Positions 26,101 through 40,280 of a stretch of DNA of 62,077 nucleotides are shown one piece after another. Each line of letters starts with the position of its first letter. Positions within the stretch are counted from its first letter, which is position 1. Under the pieces are notes generated by a model, which was given only the letters and a program-made list of their open reading frames with translations, was not told the origin of the DNA and made no database searches. The translations under genes and the position numbers were made by a program. Source of the stretch: Hydrolagus affinis (lineage: Eukaryota); the NCBI GenBank assembly GCA_012026655.1, contig JAAILG010001770.1, positions 1 to 62,077 on the forward strand, in the 5' to 3' direction.

Positions 26101-26232
26101 GGATACTTGTCTTTCAGATTGTTACTGCCATTGATTTCCTATGCTTGGCTCAGAGGCTTGGCTCATATGTTAGCACTCTCACCACTATGTGAGAAGCTTG
26201 TGGGTTCAAGCCCTGAATTCACCATCTAGACT

Positions 26233-27309
26233 CAACAACAACCACATTAAATTTATAGAGCGTCTTTCACGTCAAGAGGCTTTTCCAAGGCAATGAATAA
26301 TCAGGGGATAGGACCCGAACATTGGGGAGAAGCGGGTTAAGGGTGAGGAGAGGCAGAGAGATAGGAGGGCAGCTGAAGGCACAGTCGAAAAGGAGGGTCT
26401 TGAGACTGGCCTTCAAGGAGGCAAGGGAGGAAGCGAGGTGGAGGAACTGTGGGATTGAGTTCCATAGTGTGGAGGCAGAGAAGCTGAAAGCCCGGCCACC
26501 AATGGTAGGGCGGGTCGGGTGGGAGACATGGAGCAGATCAGAGTCCACTGAATGGATGGACTGGGCTGGTTGGTAGGGAGTCAGCAGGTCGAAGAGGTAG
26601 GAGTGGATGAGACCGAGGATGACCTTGAAAGTGAGGATGACCATCTTGAATTCGATCCTCTGGCAGATGGGAAGCCAGTGGAGCTGGGCAAGAGTGAGAA
26701 TGATGGGGTTGTGGAGCCTGGTGCAGGAGAGGACATGAGCTGCAGAGTTTTGGATGATCTGCAGCTTATGAATGGAAGCGTTGGGAAGGGCAGTGAGGAA
26801 GGAGTTTCTGTAGTCAATCCTTGATGTGATGAATGCATGGGTAAGGGTTTTAGCAGCCTGAGGGGTGAAGCAGTGGTGGTGTCTGGCAATGCTGTGGAGG
26901 TGGTGGAAGGCAGTGCTGGTCATGGCATGGATGTGAGGGAGGAAGGACAGTTCAGAGTCAAACAAGACACCCAGGTTCATGACTAACTTCATGAGATGGA
27001 GTGTGCAACCATGGATGCCGATGCTGCAGCGCCTAAAGTGTGGAGACGCTGATGCAAGCCAATCAGGAGAGCCTCGGTTTTGCTGACGTTGAGCTTGGCA
27101 GAGACAAAGTGGAGACGGTTTGAAAGATAGGACCTGAACCAATCAAGGACAGAACCATGAAGGTTGAGATGGAAGGAGAGGCGGTGGAGGAGCATTGAAT
27201 GGTCTATGGTGTCAAAGGCGGCAGAGAGGTTGAGGACAAGGAGCCAGAAGGAGCCCTGGTCACAGATGGTCAGGATATCATTTGTGACCTTGACCAGAGC
27301 AGATTCCAT
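26233..27309 (-). mobile_element. 5'-truncated L2-type LINE with RT remnants and 3' tail
   Basis: ESALVKVTNDIL, LNLSAAFDTIDH, WFRSYLSNR, NLGVLFDSELSF, HAFITSRIDY, LHWLPI, GGRAFS, LKTLLF; (TTG)-type tail. Confidence 0.9.
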
Positions 27310-28692
27310 TGTCAGAGGTGCTGTCCCTTTGGATGAGATATTAATCCCTTTGCTTGTTCTTCAGGACATCATTCAATTTTGAATTTGTTAGCCCTTTGCA
27401 GACAAGACTAGGAAATATCATATATACATATTATTCCCATTCATCATTTGGGTCCCTATTAGGGAAGAGAGGATACTGGTTAGGGGTTAATTCTTGGATT
27501 GTTTTTTCTTGGGGATGACAACAACAGTTTGCTTTCCTGTGGAAATAAGCCGTGGGTGGAAAGTGAATAACACACAAAAAAGAATGAATCAAGGCAAAGA
27601 AGAAAAACAACATCATAAATCACAACATAATTTTTTATTGTTTGCCAATGCTCTTGCTGCTGATGGCGTGAGGCTTGGCTCTAGAATCTGTAACTCACTG
27701 ATCATTGCTCTCCACTATGGACAAAACACATGTGTATACTCATACCAAATAAGCTGTGGCACATCAAACACACTGTCATCTTCAAGAGATAGGACGTGGG
27801 GCTCAGAAAGCATCCTGCCCATCTGGAACTACAGTTACATTTCAAGACTCGATTGTGGGGTGGGGGAAACGACGAAAGGCTGAAGATAATTTCTCACCGA
27901 GCCCTCTGATGAGTCAATCATAAAATATTTTGGGGCAGATTCGAAGTATCAACTAAGGGGAACCAGGGATCAGATGTAAAACAACCTAATTGGGATAGAC
28001 GCAGACTGATAGCTGGGCTAGGTTGAAGATGAAATAAAGAAGAGATTTGTGGAATTATAGGACAGGTCAAGCACCAGGACACAATCAGAACTGACCAATT
28101 GTCAGACTGTAATATAAGTCTCCACAACTCGAATGATTATCTTCAAGACACGCTGCATGTTTCGATCCACTTTTCAATAGGTGGTTTGCACTTTATTTTC
28201 TTTGACTGGCTGAATTTATTGTCCAAAGCCAAATCCAATGCCATCTGACCTCACCCAGATTATATTAGAATGAGCACTTAGTGTGGTTACAAACCTGCTT
28301 CGTGGTATCGATACACCACTTGGACTATATTCTGCTTCATTCAAATTCACTCCCAATTCATCGGATTAATTGGGACATTGCTGGTGCAAAATAGCTGCTG
28401 CCTTTAGCTCTTTAACAACATTCACTTAATTCCTATTTATTCTCTGTTTCTCATTCTATAAAGCTCTTGATGTGTTTCTTTGTGTGAAAGATGTTGTATA
28501 AATTTTAAGGATGTTATATAAATTTTAAGTTATCGTTGTTGACATCGCTAAATGTTTGAGTTGCTTGAAACAGAAAGCAATGAGTGTTTGAAGATGCATT
28601 GTAAAACAATAGAGCTTGAATCAGTATTTGAATGTTATGTGCGTTACATACAATGCTTTATTTTAACACGGTCCATGACTTCTCTCTTAAAG

Positions 28693-28908
28693 CTGCCTCC
28701 GAAACCCAGCAGTCTATCGTTGCGTCTGACCAGTACAATTGACAGGAAGACGCTTAGGCTCCCGGGGCTATCCAAAAGACACAGCCATGATGATGGCTTA
28801 CTTCTGTCCCGCCTTAGTATGCCCTCTTCCCCAAACAGCATCAATGATGACAGCGTGAGCACAACTAGCGATCTGCTCTCTTCACGTAGGTCCAGGAGGA
28901 TCCCCAAG
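28693..28908 (+). CDS. DENND2B: DENND2B exon (LPPKP...KRHSHDD...RRIPK)
   Basis: ttaaag| acceptor, AAG|GTAATC donor; KRHSHDD and SSRRSRRIPK motifs. Confidence 0.92.
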
Positions 28909-29519
28909 GTAATCCAGCCTAATTAATTCCTTCCATTTCCTCACCTATAAATCATTTTATGCCCTGGAACCTCGCTTTCTCTATGATCTCCCACTCCGAT
29001 CCTTTGCTTGCCTTGCTCACATCAGCTAATTGGTGCTGAATCACATTCCCCACACCGTTCACTACCAACGATCCTTTGGTCACTTTGCTCGTAACCTCTC
29101 TTGTGGGCTAAACATAAAATTAAATCAATAAACATAAAAATAAATAAATAAAAACAAACATTAAATAAAAATACCAGAATCAACAGTGTTTGACGTTGTA
29201 TTTTGTTTCTGTTTCACGTGTGTGTAAAAAAAAATACCAAAAGCTACTCGCTACAATTCACTTATCAAATCTAAAACTTAACATGAGTTCCAAATGCAAA
29301 ATTAACCATGGGTTTCAGTGACTACTAATATAAGCATCAAACGAGCAAGGAATCAATGCTATACCAGTCAAATTAATCCCTGAAACTGGGATGATAAGTA
29401 GCTCAATGAGCAAATAGCTTCCAAAGCACCAAGAGAAAGCTGTTCTTATCAACAAGCTTCTCTCGGAACAGGGGCTTTCATTGAATAACTCCCTGTTTCT
29501 TGCTTGTCTTGCTCACTAG

Positions 29520-29616
29520 CTTGTTCAGAAGATTAATGGCATTTATAGCGCGAAGAGAGGGAAGAAGAGGCTGAAGAAACTGTCGCTGTCGAATTTTGAA
29601 AATGCGTCTCTGCGAG
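29520..29616 (+). CDS. DENND2B: DENND2B exon (LVQKINGIYSAKRGKKRLKKLS...)
   Basis: cactag| acceptor, G|GTAAG donor; basic AKRGKKRLKKLS motif. Confidence 0.93.
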
Positions 29617-30594
29617 GTAAGATACTGGGGGAGCAGAGCTCATTAGCTAGAGGCGTCTTGCAGAGATCAAGCCAGACAGGAAGACGAGGGCGGAATTCTT
29701 GGCCAAAGTTCGGAGTCATCATTACCCAGAATACTGGCTGCACAAGATTGTAATTTGAGAGTAGGAAGCCAAAATAACACTTCAAAAATCAAACTTAAAT
29801 TTTCCTCCTCTTCTCTCTCCCCCTCCCCTCTCCTGCAGTCTCCCACTCTCCCCCACTATAAATCCTATGATGTATCACCTCAGGTAATTTTGGTAAAATG
29901 CTGCCAGGTTTCCTTTACAGGTGAACATTTGCCCTACACGTCTCCTCCTTCTTCCCGAGTTTTGACTGCGGGGGCAGACGGTGCGATCTCAGTGGTGGTG
30001 GTGGGGAGCCCAGATCAGCCAAATGCAGAGTACATTTCAGCCACATTCACAACACTGCACACATCATAGGAACTCCCTGTCTCTCCAAAGGAAGCCTGTT
30101 TGATATTACCTGAAACATTATTTATAGTGGATGTGCAGGGAGACACTTGAAATGTTGAAGGAGGTGGTATGAGGCCAGCAGGTACATGATAGTACACAGC
30201 TCCTTCAACTTCTCTTCAAAGCATCATTGATTATTATTTTCTTGGATTTTTTCTTTAATGTCGATCAGAATTCTTTGAGACTATTTTTTGAAGAGATACT
30301 GTTAGCTGTCTACCAATTACGGTGAGTTTAAGGAATACAGTTTATCAATTTTGTTGTCCTGTTCTCTGTTCTCTGAGGTGAAACCAAGTTGTTTCACACA
30401 CTTGCCTCAGACGCAGAAAATTCTGCTCCAAAGGTAGAGTAGCGTCTTTACAAAGAACAGGTTAAACATTTAACAGCTGCAGCAAGAGTCTGTTTAGTCT
30501 AAATTTATGATCAGGAATGTTCTGGAATTTTTCTCAAACTAAATGTTGTTTTGCCTCTGGCACCTTCGCTTAGGGTCTTTTATCTCTTTTACAG

Positions 30595-30639
30595 ATGAGA
30601 ACAGTGAGAGCGAGAGTGACTCGGATGACAGGTTTAAAG
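30595..30639 (+). CDS. DENND2B: DENND2B small exon (DENSESESDSDDRFK)
   Basis: ttttacag| acceptor, G|GTGAG donor; peptide matches recalled ST5. Confidence 0.93.
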
Positions 30640-31056
30640 GTGAGGGGTCACATTATACTCTATCCCCACCACCCATCACTTCCCCACGGCCTGTGTAAAA
30701 TTCTCATCGTTCTATTGAGCTGCTCCACTTCAGAGACCAGATGGAACATTGTTTCTGTACAAGTTAAACTAATAAAACGCCTTTCAGGCTGTTTTGTGGG
30801 TCGCAAAGCACTTGTTAATTTTGACATGGGTACTGGGCCTAATATGGGAACATAGTAACAGGAATAGGCCCTTGAGCCTTCTGTTAGAATCATGGCTACA
30901 ATCAACCATCGGGGCTGAACTGTATTGCAGCTCTAATTACCCGCTTTGCCCCGTATTCCTGAATACCCTGACAAAACAAAAATCTGTCCACCTCGGTCTT
31001 GAAAATTATGAATTGCATTTGGATCATTTTTCCCCTCACTCCTACCTACCGTCCAG

Positions 31057-31241
31057 CACACACACAGCGTTTGGTGCACATCCAGTCAGTGCTAAAGAAG
31101 GCGCCCAGATACCGAACATTGGAACGGGAACTCATTGAGTGGCAAGAGAGAGAACTCTTTGAATATTTTGTGGTGGTCGCACTGAAGAAGAAGCCTTCAA
31201 AGAACAGTTATATCCCTGAAGTGTCCTATCAGTTCCCAAAG
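31057..31241 (+). CDS. DENND2B: DENND2B exon, start of uDENN (HTQRLVHIQS...EVSYQFPK)
   Basis: ccag| acceptor, AAG|GTAAAT donor; WQERELFEYFVVV motif. Confidence 0.95.
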
Positions 31242-31310
31242 GTAAATCAGTCTGGCATTTACTGTTTATTAGAACATCAGTGATCAAACCTATATATAAA
31301 TGAAACAGGG

Positions 31311-31531
31311 ACCTATCATTTCACCTAGTCTTAACCCGTAAACCCATTTTGCCTTAAAATTTAATATTGTATTGAGTTGTGGAAAAATCTAATTAAAATT
31401 CAGCCACAGTTTGGAAGCCAGTTCCAAATTAATACTCAATTTATGTATTTGGCTAAATCCCTGTGATCTTAAATTTCAAGACACACTTCAAGACATAGTC
31501 TTGCGGGTTAAGGCTAGTTGGAATTCTAGGT
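31311..31531. repeat. Imperfect foldback / old MITE-like element
   Basis: 31-bp terminal inverted arms with 6 mismatches plus nested inner inverted blocks. Confidence 0.5.
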
Positions 31532-33734
31532 ATGAGATAGTTTAAGCAGTCGTGAGGATCTAAAGAAATGGTACCTTAAACATTCTCTTCTCCACAGTTC
31601 CTCCCACCCTCCCACCAAGTATTTTCTTTAGATACAAGGTGGTGAAGGTCCTTGTAAAGTGCAATCATGAATAACCAGGTAGTACATCATATCCTTTGTT
31701 CAAATTAAAATAACTTCAGATTGCATATTGAGTTAGAGTAAATGGTAAACCTCAGTGTCAAATGTGATGTAAATCGGAAATGGCTATGCTGTTCTTTTTA
31801 GTATTGTACTGCTCTTTTGTTCTCTGATGTTCACTGTGAGATACAACTCCAGCTGCTTCTACAATAGCAATGGGCAAACAGGAGTGTGCGTGTTTGCGTA
31901 TGTCTGTGTTGGAGGGAGGGCGGGCACAACAAGGAGTTGGAAGGGAATTCAGGCAAAACAGTGGGGGCTGGGGAAGGGCAGAGTTGACATCGAGCAACCA
32001 GATCGATACGCGAGACAAACAGAAAACAAATCGAGATACAAAGAGGAGAAAAGGTGAAAATGAAAGAGTGTGGTAAAAAGCAGGGCTTTGAATGTTGCAA
32101 AGTTTATTTAATTTGTGGGGGTTTTTATCAAAATATCTCTCTCAATTCAACCTTTCCATATGTTTCTTTGGTGTGTTCTAATCTGCATGTGTACTCAAAG
32201 GAAAAGCAACAGAGGATTGTAGTCTATGCAGAACTATAAATAAGACATCCTGTAGAAATTACTGAACAGGCCTTGTCTCACGTAGCCAAGACTGGTTATT
32301 TATAGCCTCACTCCAGCAGACATAGCAACATGGGGAGTTGAGGATACAACTCCCCATTACCAATCCTTTACCAATAAAAGCTCAGAGAAAAAGTACAGGA
32401 CTGATAAATCTGTTCACTTCGCACCAGGAGTGGCTGGATGCTGTTTTACTTATCTGTACAGATTGATTTCAGAGATGAAATTTACATAACATTTCCTTTA
32501 ATAGCTGCAAAGCTCTATGTAAAAATGCAAGTTATTTCAACAATGGTAACACAAGAAGGGAGCCTTTGAAACACAGGCATTCACTATCGCAGCCTATTTT
32601 AAAAAAAAATCTTAAGAAGCCATCAAGCAGACTTCCTGCATTGGTTGAATTAAGCTGATCATATTACGAAATGAACATTGAAATGTTTCTTAATAGGTTC
32701 CTAACAGATTAACACATTGATATAGAGAAATTCCACCAGGGTTATGATTGATTCGATTTATGTTAAATTTCCGAGCATTCCAGAGATTGGCAACTTCTTA
32801 AATACAGCCTCATTTTGAAGCCAATTCTTTTTAAGAGTTACGGAAAAGCAATTTCAATGTTAAGACTGGAATCAATGACTTGGTTGGCCCGAAAATGATC
32901 TGAAGGCTTCAGTGCCGATATTGCTGTTACCTTCAGGCTAGCTGTAACCAATGTACAACTGCAGACATTGGGCAACCAGGACAAACTGTGTGATGTTATG
33001 TCTGAAGTTGTATTTTCGAACCAGATATTCAGTTTTGTTATAAACTGTGTAAAAGCCCATGGGAAAAATACTGTGATGTTTTATGCATGGGGTTGTGGTT
33101 GGGGTGGGGGGCGGTGGGTGGCGGGGAGAGAATTAGTAGTAGATAAGACAGTATAACTAGAAAAAAGATGAAACACTGTACAAGGCTACATTCCCCCTTC
33201 CATCTTCTCATCACAACATCAAGCGGTTTTATGAATGACTCCAGTGTCTTGATCTCAAACACCCTTACTCACTACCTGCTCCTGGTCACAGTGTCCAGGT
33301 GGTAGAGCAAAGGGCAAAGACAACTTTGGATGAATACAGCAATGTACGGGGTCAGGAAGCTCCCATTGCCATAGTCAAGTAGCCCACCAACACTCGATTA
33401 AAGAATATTTGTATATTACTGGGCTACACAGTAGATTTTATTCAGTTACACTGAATCTTTTATCTAACTTTGTACCGAGGTTACATGGTAGATACAAGTG
33501 TTACATGAAGTACTGTTAAGGGTTGATTGCGATATGCTGGTATGGTTGAGGAGTGACCTTGCCATTAAGTACTACGGTATTCAGGGTTGACAATTCCACT
33601 ATCAAATCGCAAGCATTGAATGGCATTACCTTGGAGCACTGTTAAAAACTAAATAATACTGTTACCAGTTTACAGAGTCACATTTACTACTGTTCGCTAC
33701 ATGCAAGTGACATGGTTTTGTTTCCCCTGCACAG

Positions 33735-33844
33735 CTAGAGAGGCCAACAAAACAAGTGCGTGAGGCAGAGGAACGCCTGAAAGCTATCCCACAATTCTGC
33801 TTCCCAGATGCTAAGGACTGGGCTCCAGTGTCAGATTTTATCAG
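33735..33844 (+). CDS. DENND2B: DENND2B exon (LERPTKQ...AIPQFCFPDAKDW)
   Basis: gcacag| acceptor, AG|GTAC donor; uDENN IPQFCFP motif. Confidence 0.95.
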
Positions 33845-34781
33845 GTACTAAAACAAGACAGGAAAGTCAATCATAGATATTGCGAGTCACATAGGTGTGT
33901 TTGTGTGTGTTTGGGGGGGAAGAAGAGGAGAGATAATTCTCTGGTTATTGCTAAATATCCCCCAGTATGTTGGTGCAGAATTACGGTTTTTCATTACCCC
34001 TCGCTGTGTTTTATGCCCGCGCACCTCCCTTTTTGGAGTCAGCCATTATCTTGCACGGCGGGTGAAACATTAACGCAAGTTGTTGTTGCATTTAGAGTGG
34101 CTTTCATCGTGTGTGCCATTATTGCAGAGGGTTTCAAATCGGAATGAGCTGGACGCAATGGTGGAGGTCTTGTGTCCTGCACCTGGGGGCCAGGCACAAG
34201 TGGTTTGGCAATAAGGTTGCCAGCTATCCGGTTTGTGATGGGAAAAGTCTGGCTTAAGGGAATCTGCACATTGTCCGGTCAGAAGCATAAACTGGATACC
34301 ACATGTCTGGTTATTGTCTGTAGTCAGAATTCCTAGGATGCTTCCGACATGAAAGACACTATATTAATGTAATGTTCTTGTTGTTATTGTTGTTGCTGTC
34401 ACAAATACTTTCCCATATAATTGTTCTATGAAAGGAGAAAAGCCCATCTGCTCAGATCAAAAGTCAGGGTGCGTTTTGTCTTGCGGTGTAACAGTTGATT
34501 TTCTATCTCAGTCTGTTCTCACTTGGTGACATGTTGCTGCAGTTCACGGGCTTGCACCGCAAGCTTTTCCACTGCTTCAAAGGGTTAAAAGCAATGACTT
34601 CTCGTGGAAGCTTCAGCAGATTGGGGGCGAAGCGTTCGGTTTATTCTCCGTATAGTACAAAAGCAGTGAATGAATGCAAAACTATCAGCAAGAGAAAAAG
34701 CTCTTAACCAGCTCTTAACCTGTTCTGTGTTCTGTTAATTCACTGTTGAGTAACCTTTTTGGACCATTGTCTTGTTTGCAG

Positions 34782-34851
34782 TGAAACATTCTCGTTTATG
34801 CTCACTGGGGAAGATGGAAGCAGACGTTTTGGCTACTGCCGCCGATTGTTG
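34782..34851 (+). CDS. DENND2B: DENND2B exon (ETFSFMLTGEDGSRRFGYCRRLL)
   Basis: tttgcag| acceptor, TTG|GTGAGT donor; canonical uDENN motif. Confidence 0.96.
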
Positions 34852-37204
34852 GTGAGTGCGCTGCTTTACGTTGGATCTTTAACTTTTGAGCCGTCCTATT
34901 TTGTTCTTCTGTGGAAGTGCAAAAGCACACTGCCACTTAAATTCCAGTCATTCTTCCCGCAGCTCCAGAGGTCAGAGTTCATTTCTTATTGCAGCAGTCT
35001 TCTCGAGACGCTCTCTCAAACATCTGGCCCGAGTACACAAAGGAAACCGGGTGGCTGATTGGACACGTATGAGCCTAAGTGGGTCTTGTGGCATCTCCAC
35101 CTCCCAGCCTCCTGCCACGTGGATTGGCCCAGACTCTCTGAAGTCAGGTTACCAGATTGTAGGGCAGTGGTTAGGAACCGATTTGCCCGAGGGCCAGTTA
35201 GGAGGTACAGTGTTCATGTATTTCTTTGATATGTGCCTGCTTTTCTGTTGGCCAATTACATCGGAGGCCTGTCATAGTCCCATCAGCACAAGGGGTCAGA
35301 TGGCCTCCTTATGCACTGAAGATTAAGCAACCCTGAACCCCCCCCCACTCCAAGCAATTCTCCTTCTGAAGAGCACTGATGATGTGTGAAACAACTAAGT
35401 CAGTAGTTAATACTAATGTCTGCGATTTCTCTATTCAATCTTGCCAGTCAGGAGGCAACAGGCCAATGCCGGATACTTTGGCAAAGGAAAGTAGAGGGAT
35501 AAGAGGTCAATTGTCTCCGCACCACTCCCCTTGCTCCAAATCACTGAATAAGCAAGAACAGTAGCCAGAGAGCTGCCAGCCCAGAGTATGACAACACATA
35601 GCCAGCAAGTGTGAGTGTGCGAACAGGATTGAATTTGGTTGAGATTCACCTGTGGTTGAATAACTTGTTAGCACTCGCTTTGAAGGCTTCCATGTTAAGA
35701 TTGCTTTATCCTGTATAAGGATCTTGTATCCTGTACAAGACTAACCTCCCCCGAGTCCAATCAGTCCTATTAGTCTAACACTGTCAACTTAATAAGAGAA
35801 AGAATCATTTCCTTTTAATCTCGCATAAAAGAGAATCCAGCTGTTGCCAGGTGCTCTACTGTTTCTCTGGTCTCTCCGTTTCCAGTATAAATATACCGTA
35901 CGGGCCATTCTTCAATAAACACACATCAGCCGTATCTGAGCTACCATTGTGCTGTATTTATTATACCAATTTGAGAAATGTTCCTGGAGTGTCAGGATCT
36001 TCGGACCACATGTGGTTCCATTTAGTACTGCACATGACTCCTGAGTGACTGACCACACTCCCATGTTATTACATCGGTGACCAGTTAAAACTTGTATGCT
36101 TTAAACGACACGCTAACTATTAACACCTCTACATAAACAGGTTGGTTTGTCAGTAATAGAGGGGAGAATTCGATTTGGATCCCAATGGCATTTTTCTAGA
36201 TGACTGAGGAATATAGAGGCAACCATGCTATTACCACACTTCGTATTACACAGGCTCACTCTTTCCACCTTCTCAGGGCTCGTCCCAGAGTGGGACTGAC
36301 AGAGGTCTGGGGAAAAGACACTTGTCTTTCTTAGTGTGCCTCCAGAAAGGACCATTGAGAAGGATCACAGTTAAGATCACGGAGCTCTATGGCTACTTTG
36401 CAAGTTTTTTTTCTAAAAAATAAGCCCTACGTTATATATCATTCAATTGAATTTTTTTTTCAAATGAGATTCTCACCATTTCTTACAATATGAAAGAGAA
36501 ACAGTAGAGTATGTGGACAGAGGCACATGCAGAGAATTGATGACTTTCTGTACAATTTTTAAGACAACAACAACACCAAACTTACCTTTATATAGCGCCT
36601 TTCACAAAGGGAGGACGTCCCTGAATTTAGAATTCAGACACCTGAATTTGTCGTCTACATTGGACCACTTTGAATATTAAGTCTTACCCGAGTCAGTTAA
36701 CGCTACTCCTGAATCAGAAATGGTCATTAGTATGATGTTGCTCCTCTTGATCATCTCCCAGTTGCTCGTTGCATTGCAGCTAAGAATAGGAATCAACAGG
36801 ACCAGAAAAGACCGCAAACTGGACAGCTCATAAATTTTGTTTTAAGAGAGAAAAAATTCCATCACTCCATCTTATCAGTCCATTGTCCGCTGTCAAAAAC
36901 CTATTTAATTCCCCCTTGAATTTATTGACGCAGGACAATAAAATATAAATGCAGGAGCTAACTTTGACAGGGCAGTGCAGCAAATTGAATTTAAATGAGT
37001 TGCCGCAATAATTTTGAGATGTTTTGAGATGCCAATGTTATTGGCAGGAGAACGTATCTTTTTAATACAATAGTTACACTAAACTCTGTAGAATTCCAAG
37101 AAGGCTTCTCTCAGATTACCTTTCTTTACTGGCATCTCCTACATTCCTGTTTCACTGCCAGTTAATCCCTGTGGAAACACAGGTTTTATTAAGTGAATCA
37201 GGCA

Positions 37205-37520
37205 TCCACATCACTTACTCCTCCTCACAGCAGTATCCACTGCCTCCGCTCTACTGGCTCCATCCTCCTCTTTGTCCCTTGAATCCTCCACTTCATCATC
37301 AGCGGCTGTGCTTTCAGCCACTACGCCGGGAAACTTTGTAACTCCCTCCCTCAATCCTTCCATCTCACCCCCTCCTTCCCCATCTTCAGGTCGTGCCTGA
37401 AGACCATTCTCTTCAACGGCACTTATGGACACTTTCCACCCCCCCCCCAGCTCGGCCTTGGGCTCTGACATTGTTAAGCACTCTGAAATGCCGCCTGGCA
37501 TGTAGGGCGCTATATAAAGA
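37205..37520 (+). mobile_element. L2-type LINE 3' fragment, followed by a CR1-like tail remnant to ~37690
   Basis: RAFS/LKT-type terminal ORF2 sequence and GGCGCTATATAA tail. Confidence 0.65.
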
Positions 37521-39712
37521 ATATGGGGAAATGTAGGACGCCGATTCAATAATAGCTTTTAAAAGAGCGTTAGATGGTTATTTGGGGGAGGACGGGTTTG
37601 TGAGGTTATGGGCAGAGAGCCGGGGAATGGGAATGACTTTGAATAGCTCTTTTCCAATAGCCGGAACAAACTTGATATGCCGAATGGTCGCCTATTATTA
37701 TTACTATTAAGTTGTTGTTGTTATTTCATTGTAATGAGCCATTTAGATGGCTGTTGTGAAGCAGCTTATGTGACAAGGTTGGGCTCATGATCTTCCAGTT
37801 TTAGCCGAAACAGCAATCTTAACAACTACAAGAATAGCTCATTGTATCAATCCTTTATCAAGCATGGACAAGTGGAGACTTGCTGTCCCATTATAGGAAC
37901 TTTAGCAGAGTTCTGCTTGCTTGCCTAACATTAATCCCAACGGAATCTGAACTGTTTTTGGTGACCGCAGTTACCTGCTTCCCTGGACCAGCTGCTTCCC
38001 TGCTGTCAAATGTGCATGACAGTGCTGGGGAGTGGGCTGGGAACAGAATGGAAATGATCAAATCTGTGGCACTGAATGTTTCAGCTCGTTCAATTCATAC
38101 AGTATACATCCCAAGTTTTTTTTCAGAAGAAAACATTGATGCTCAGTTACTGCGTGGCTATCCAAATTCTCTCAATTTAAAGAAAAAAAGTATTTGAGTT
38201 TGTATCGATGTTCCCTAGAACTAAGTATTTTTATTGGCGTTTATCAAAAACATCTACATCCTGGTGGCTATCCAAGGCCGCTGGCAAGGTGTCGACATTC
38301 CAGTGGATTTGATTCTAAGCATAAACTCCACATAGCTGATTTAATCAGTCAGAGCGTTCCGAACAAGTTCATTGCCTAATAAGGGAAAAAGATTCATCTC
38401 TTCAGGCAGATGTGAGCTGCAGCCACCAGCCATGATCTATTAATATATTCATTAAGTTGCACCTCATAGTAGCCCAGGGCAAAGTTTTCTTTTCTTTTAG
38501 CAGTAGTTAGAGCATAAGGTGTGAGTATTATAACACAGCCACCACCCATTGTGAAGAAGGATGTTTTAGGGTAACTTCTGCAAATTAAATTTTTTGTACC
38601 ATCTCCTAATTGTTGGTCACAGAAACACCAACCTCGGTTCGTATGTTCAAGAAATCATTTTCAGTTGTACAAATAGGAGAATATTTGTGTTTATTAAGGC
38701 TATCAATGATCATTTATGGCTTTGTAATTTGTGGCATTAACCAACGAAAGTCCTCTTTAGGGTATTGTGTCATGAAAGGTTTTGGGCGTCGATCATGTAC
38801 AGTGGGTGCCTTTAATTTGGGAGCTCGGCTACACCCCAAGGCTAGGTAGGTTTCAAGAAAGACTAGGTATTCTCCCAGCTGAAGTAAACACCACTCATTC
38901 TTATTGTGTGTTACTTATTCTTATAATGATTCTTTGTGATACATATGTGAAAAGTTTGCAAAAGATCTGACTCGAGACTTAAGTTGATTGATCCTTTTGG
39001 ACTTTCTTGCACCCACTCGTTATATTTCACAGTCCTTTCATATTTTGCTTGTTATCAGACGCTTGGGATTCTAGATACTGATGACATCGAATTGTGATCT
39101 TGGCTTGTAACAGAAGGCGAGTAACCAGTTTGCTGTATGTGAGGCTCAAACAACTTCTCTCTATGCCGTGTCTCAAAGGCAAACCTAGAGAGATATTTAC
39201 ATTTGTTTTTGCATTTCACTCTTTAACAATTTGTTTGCGAAATATTGCCTTTGGTTTCAGCTCCAGCGCTCAGACCCCAGCTCTGATGAGGTTAACAGTT
39301 CCTAACCAGAAATTTCCATTTATATAGCAGCATTCTCACACACACACGCACACACACACACATGCACACGCACACACAGTATAGCGTCTAGGAGCACTTA
39401 TCAGTTCTGGAGCTTGGTGCCCAGCTGGGGGGAGGAAGTAGAGTCAATTTGGGCACCAACCAGCAATTCATTTGTTAGAAGAAGACAAACAGCAGATAAT
39501 GAACTGACCAAGACCCTCAATGGCCTCCTAGAGGAGGTGATTGATGGGAGGACTTAGTCCAAGTAACTCTCTAAAATCATTGGTTTCAAGCCCAGCCAAG
39601 TTGCTGTGACAGGGCTGCTATGCTCAAACATTCCTTTGAAAGCCAACAAAGTACAGTATATAATGTGGGGAGCTGGAAATCAAGCTGACACTTGCAGGAT
39701 AGTGTCTGACTC

Positions 39713-40002
39713 TGTGGAGTCCTGTACCTCAGTGGTTAGAACACTTGCCTTGCAAGTGAGAGACCTGGGTTAGATTCCAGGCAGGGGGCAAAACCTTGGG
39801 CAAGTTTCCTTACTACAAACGTCTAATAATAATCCCTAATTTAAAAAAAAAAAATTCATTGAGCGACTATTTGCGGGACACTGCTCTGCGCAATCGGCTG
39901 CCACCTTTCGCCCACTCAATACAGTCAATTCACTTTACAGTATATATGTGAAGCACTTTGAGACGTCTGCAAGACGTGAAAAGTGCTATATCAAATGCAA
40001 GG

Positions 40003-40033
<31 letters not shown>
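39713..40033 (+). mobile_element. Full-length SINE with long (ATT)n tail
   Basis: Head TGTGGAGTCCTGTA.CTCAGTGGTTAG, Deu-like core, tail stem-loop, about 10 ATT units. Confidence 0.85.
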
Positions 40034-40034
<1 letters not shown>

Positions 40035-40280
40035 GTTTTCCCAGCACACAGGCATTCGACGTAATGGTGTAATACAGGATGTTTTCAGTAATTGTTTAGA
40101 AAGAGTAGTGGTGGCAATATGTGACATCATTAGCAACTTTCCTGAGGCCTATGCCTTTGGTAGGATACCAGTTGACCATAATGGAATAATGCCATTGCTT
40201 TTAATGCCAAATCATGAAGGTGCTAACAGCATACAGCTTGTCTGGGTAAATGTGCTGACTTTATTTACTCTTATTTTCAG

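Noticed and set aside
26267-27142. 291-aa ORF as a host gene
   Set aside because: It is the C-terminal part of a truncated L2 ORF2.
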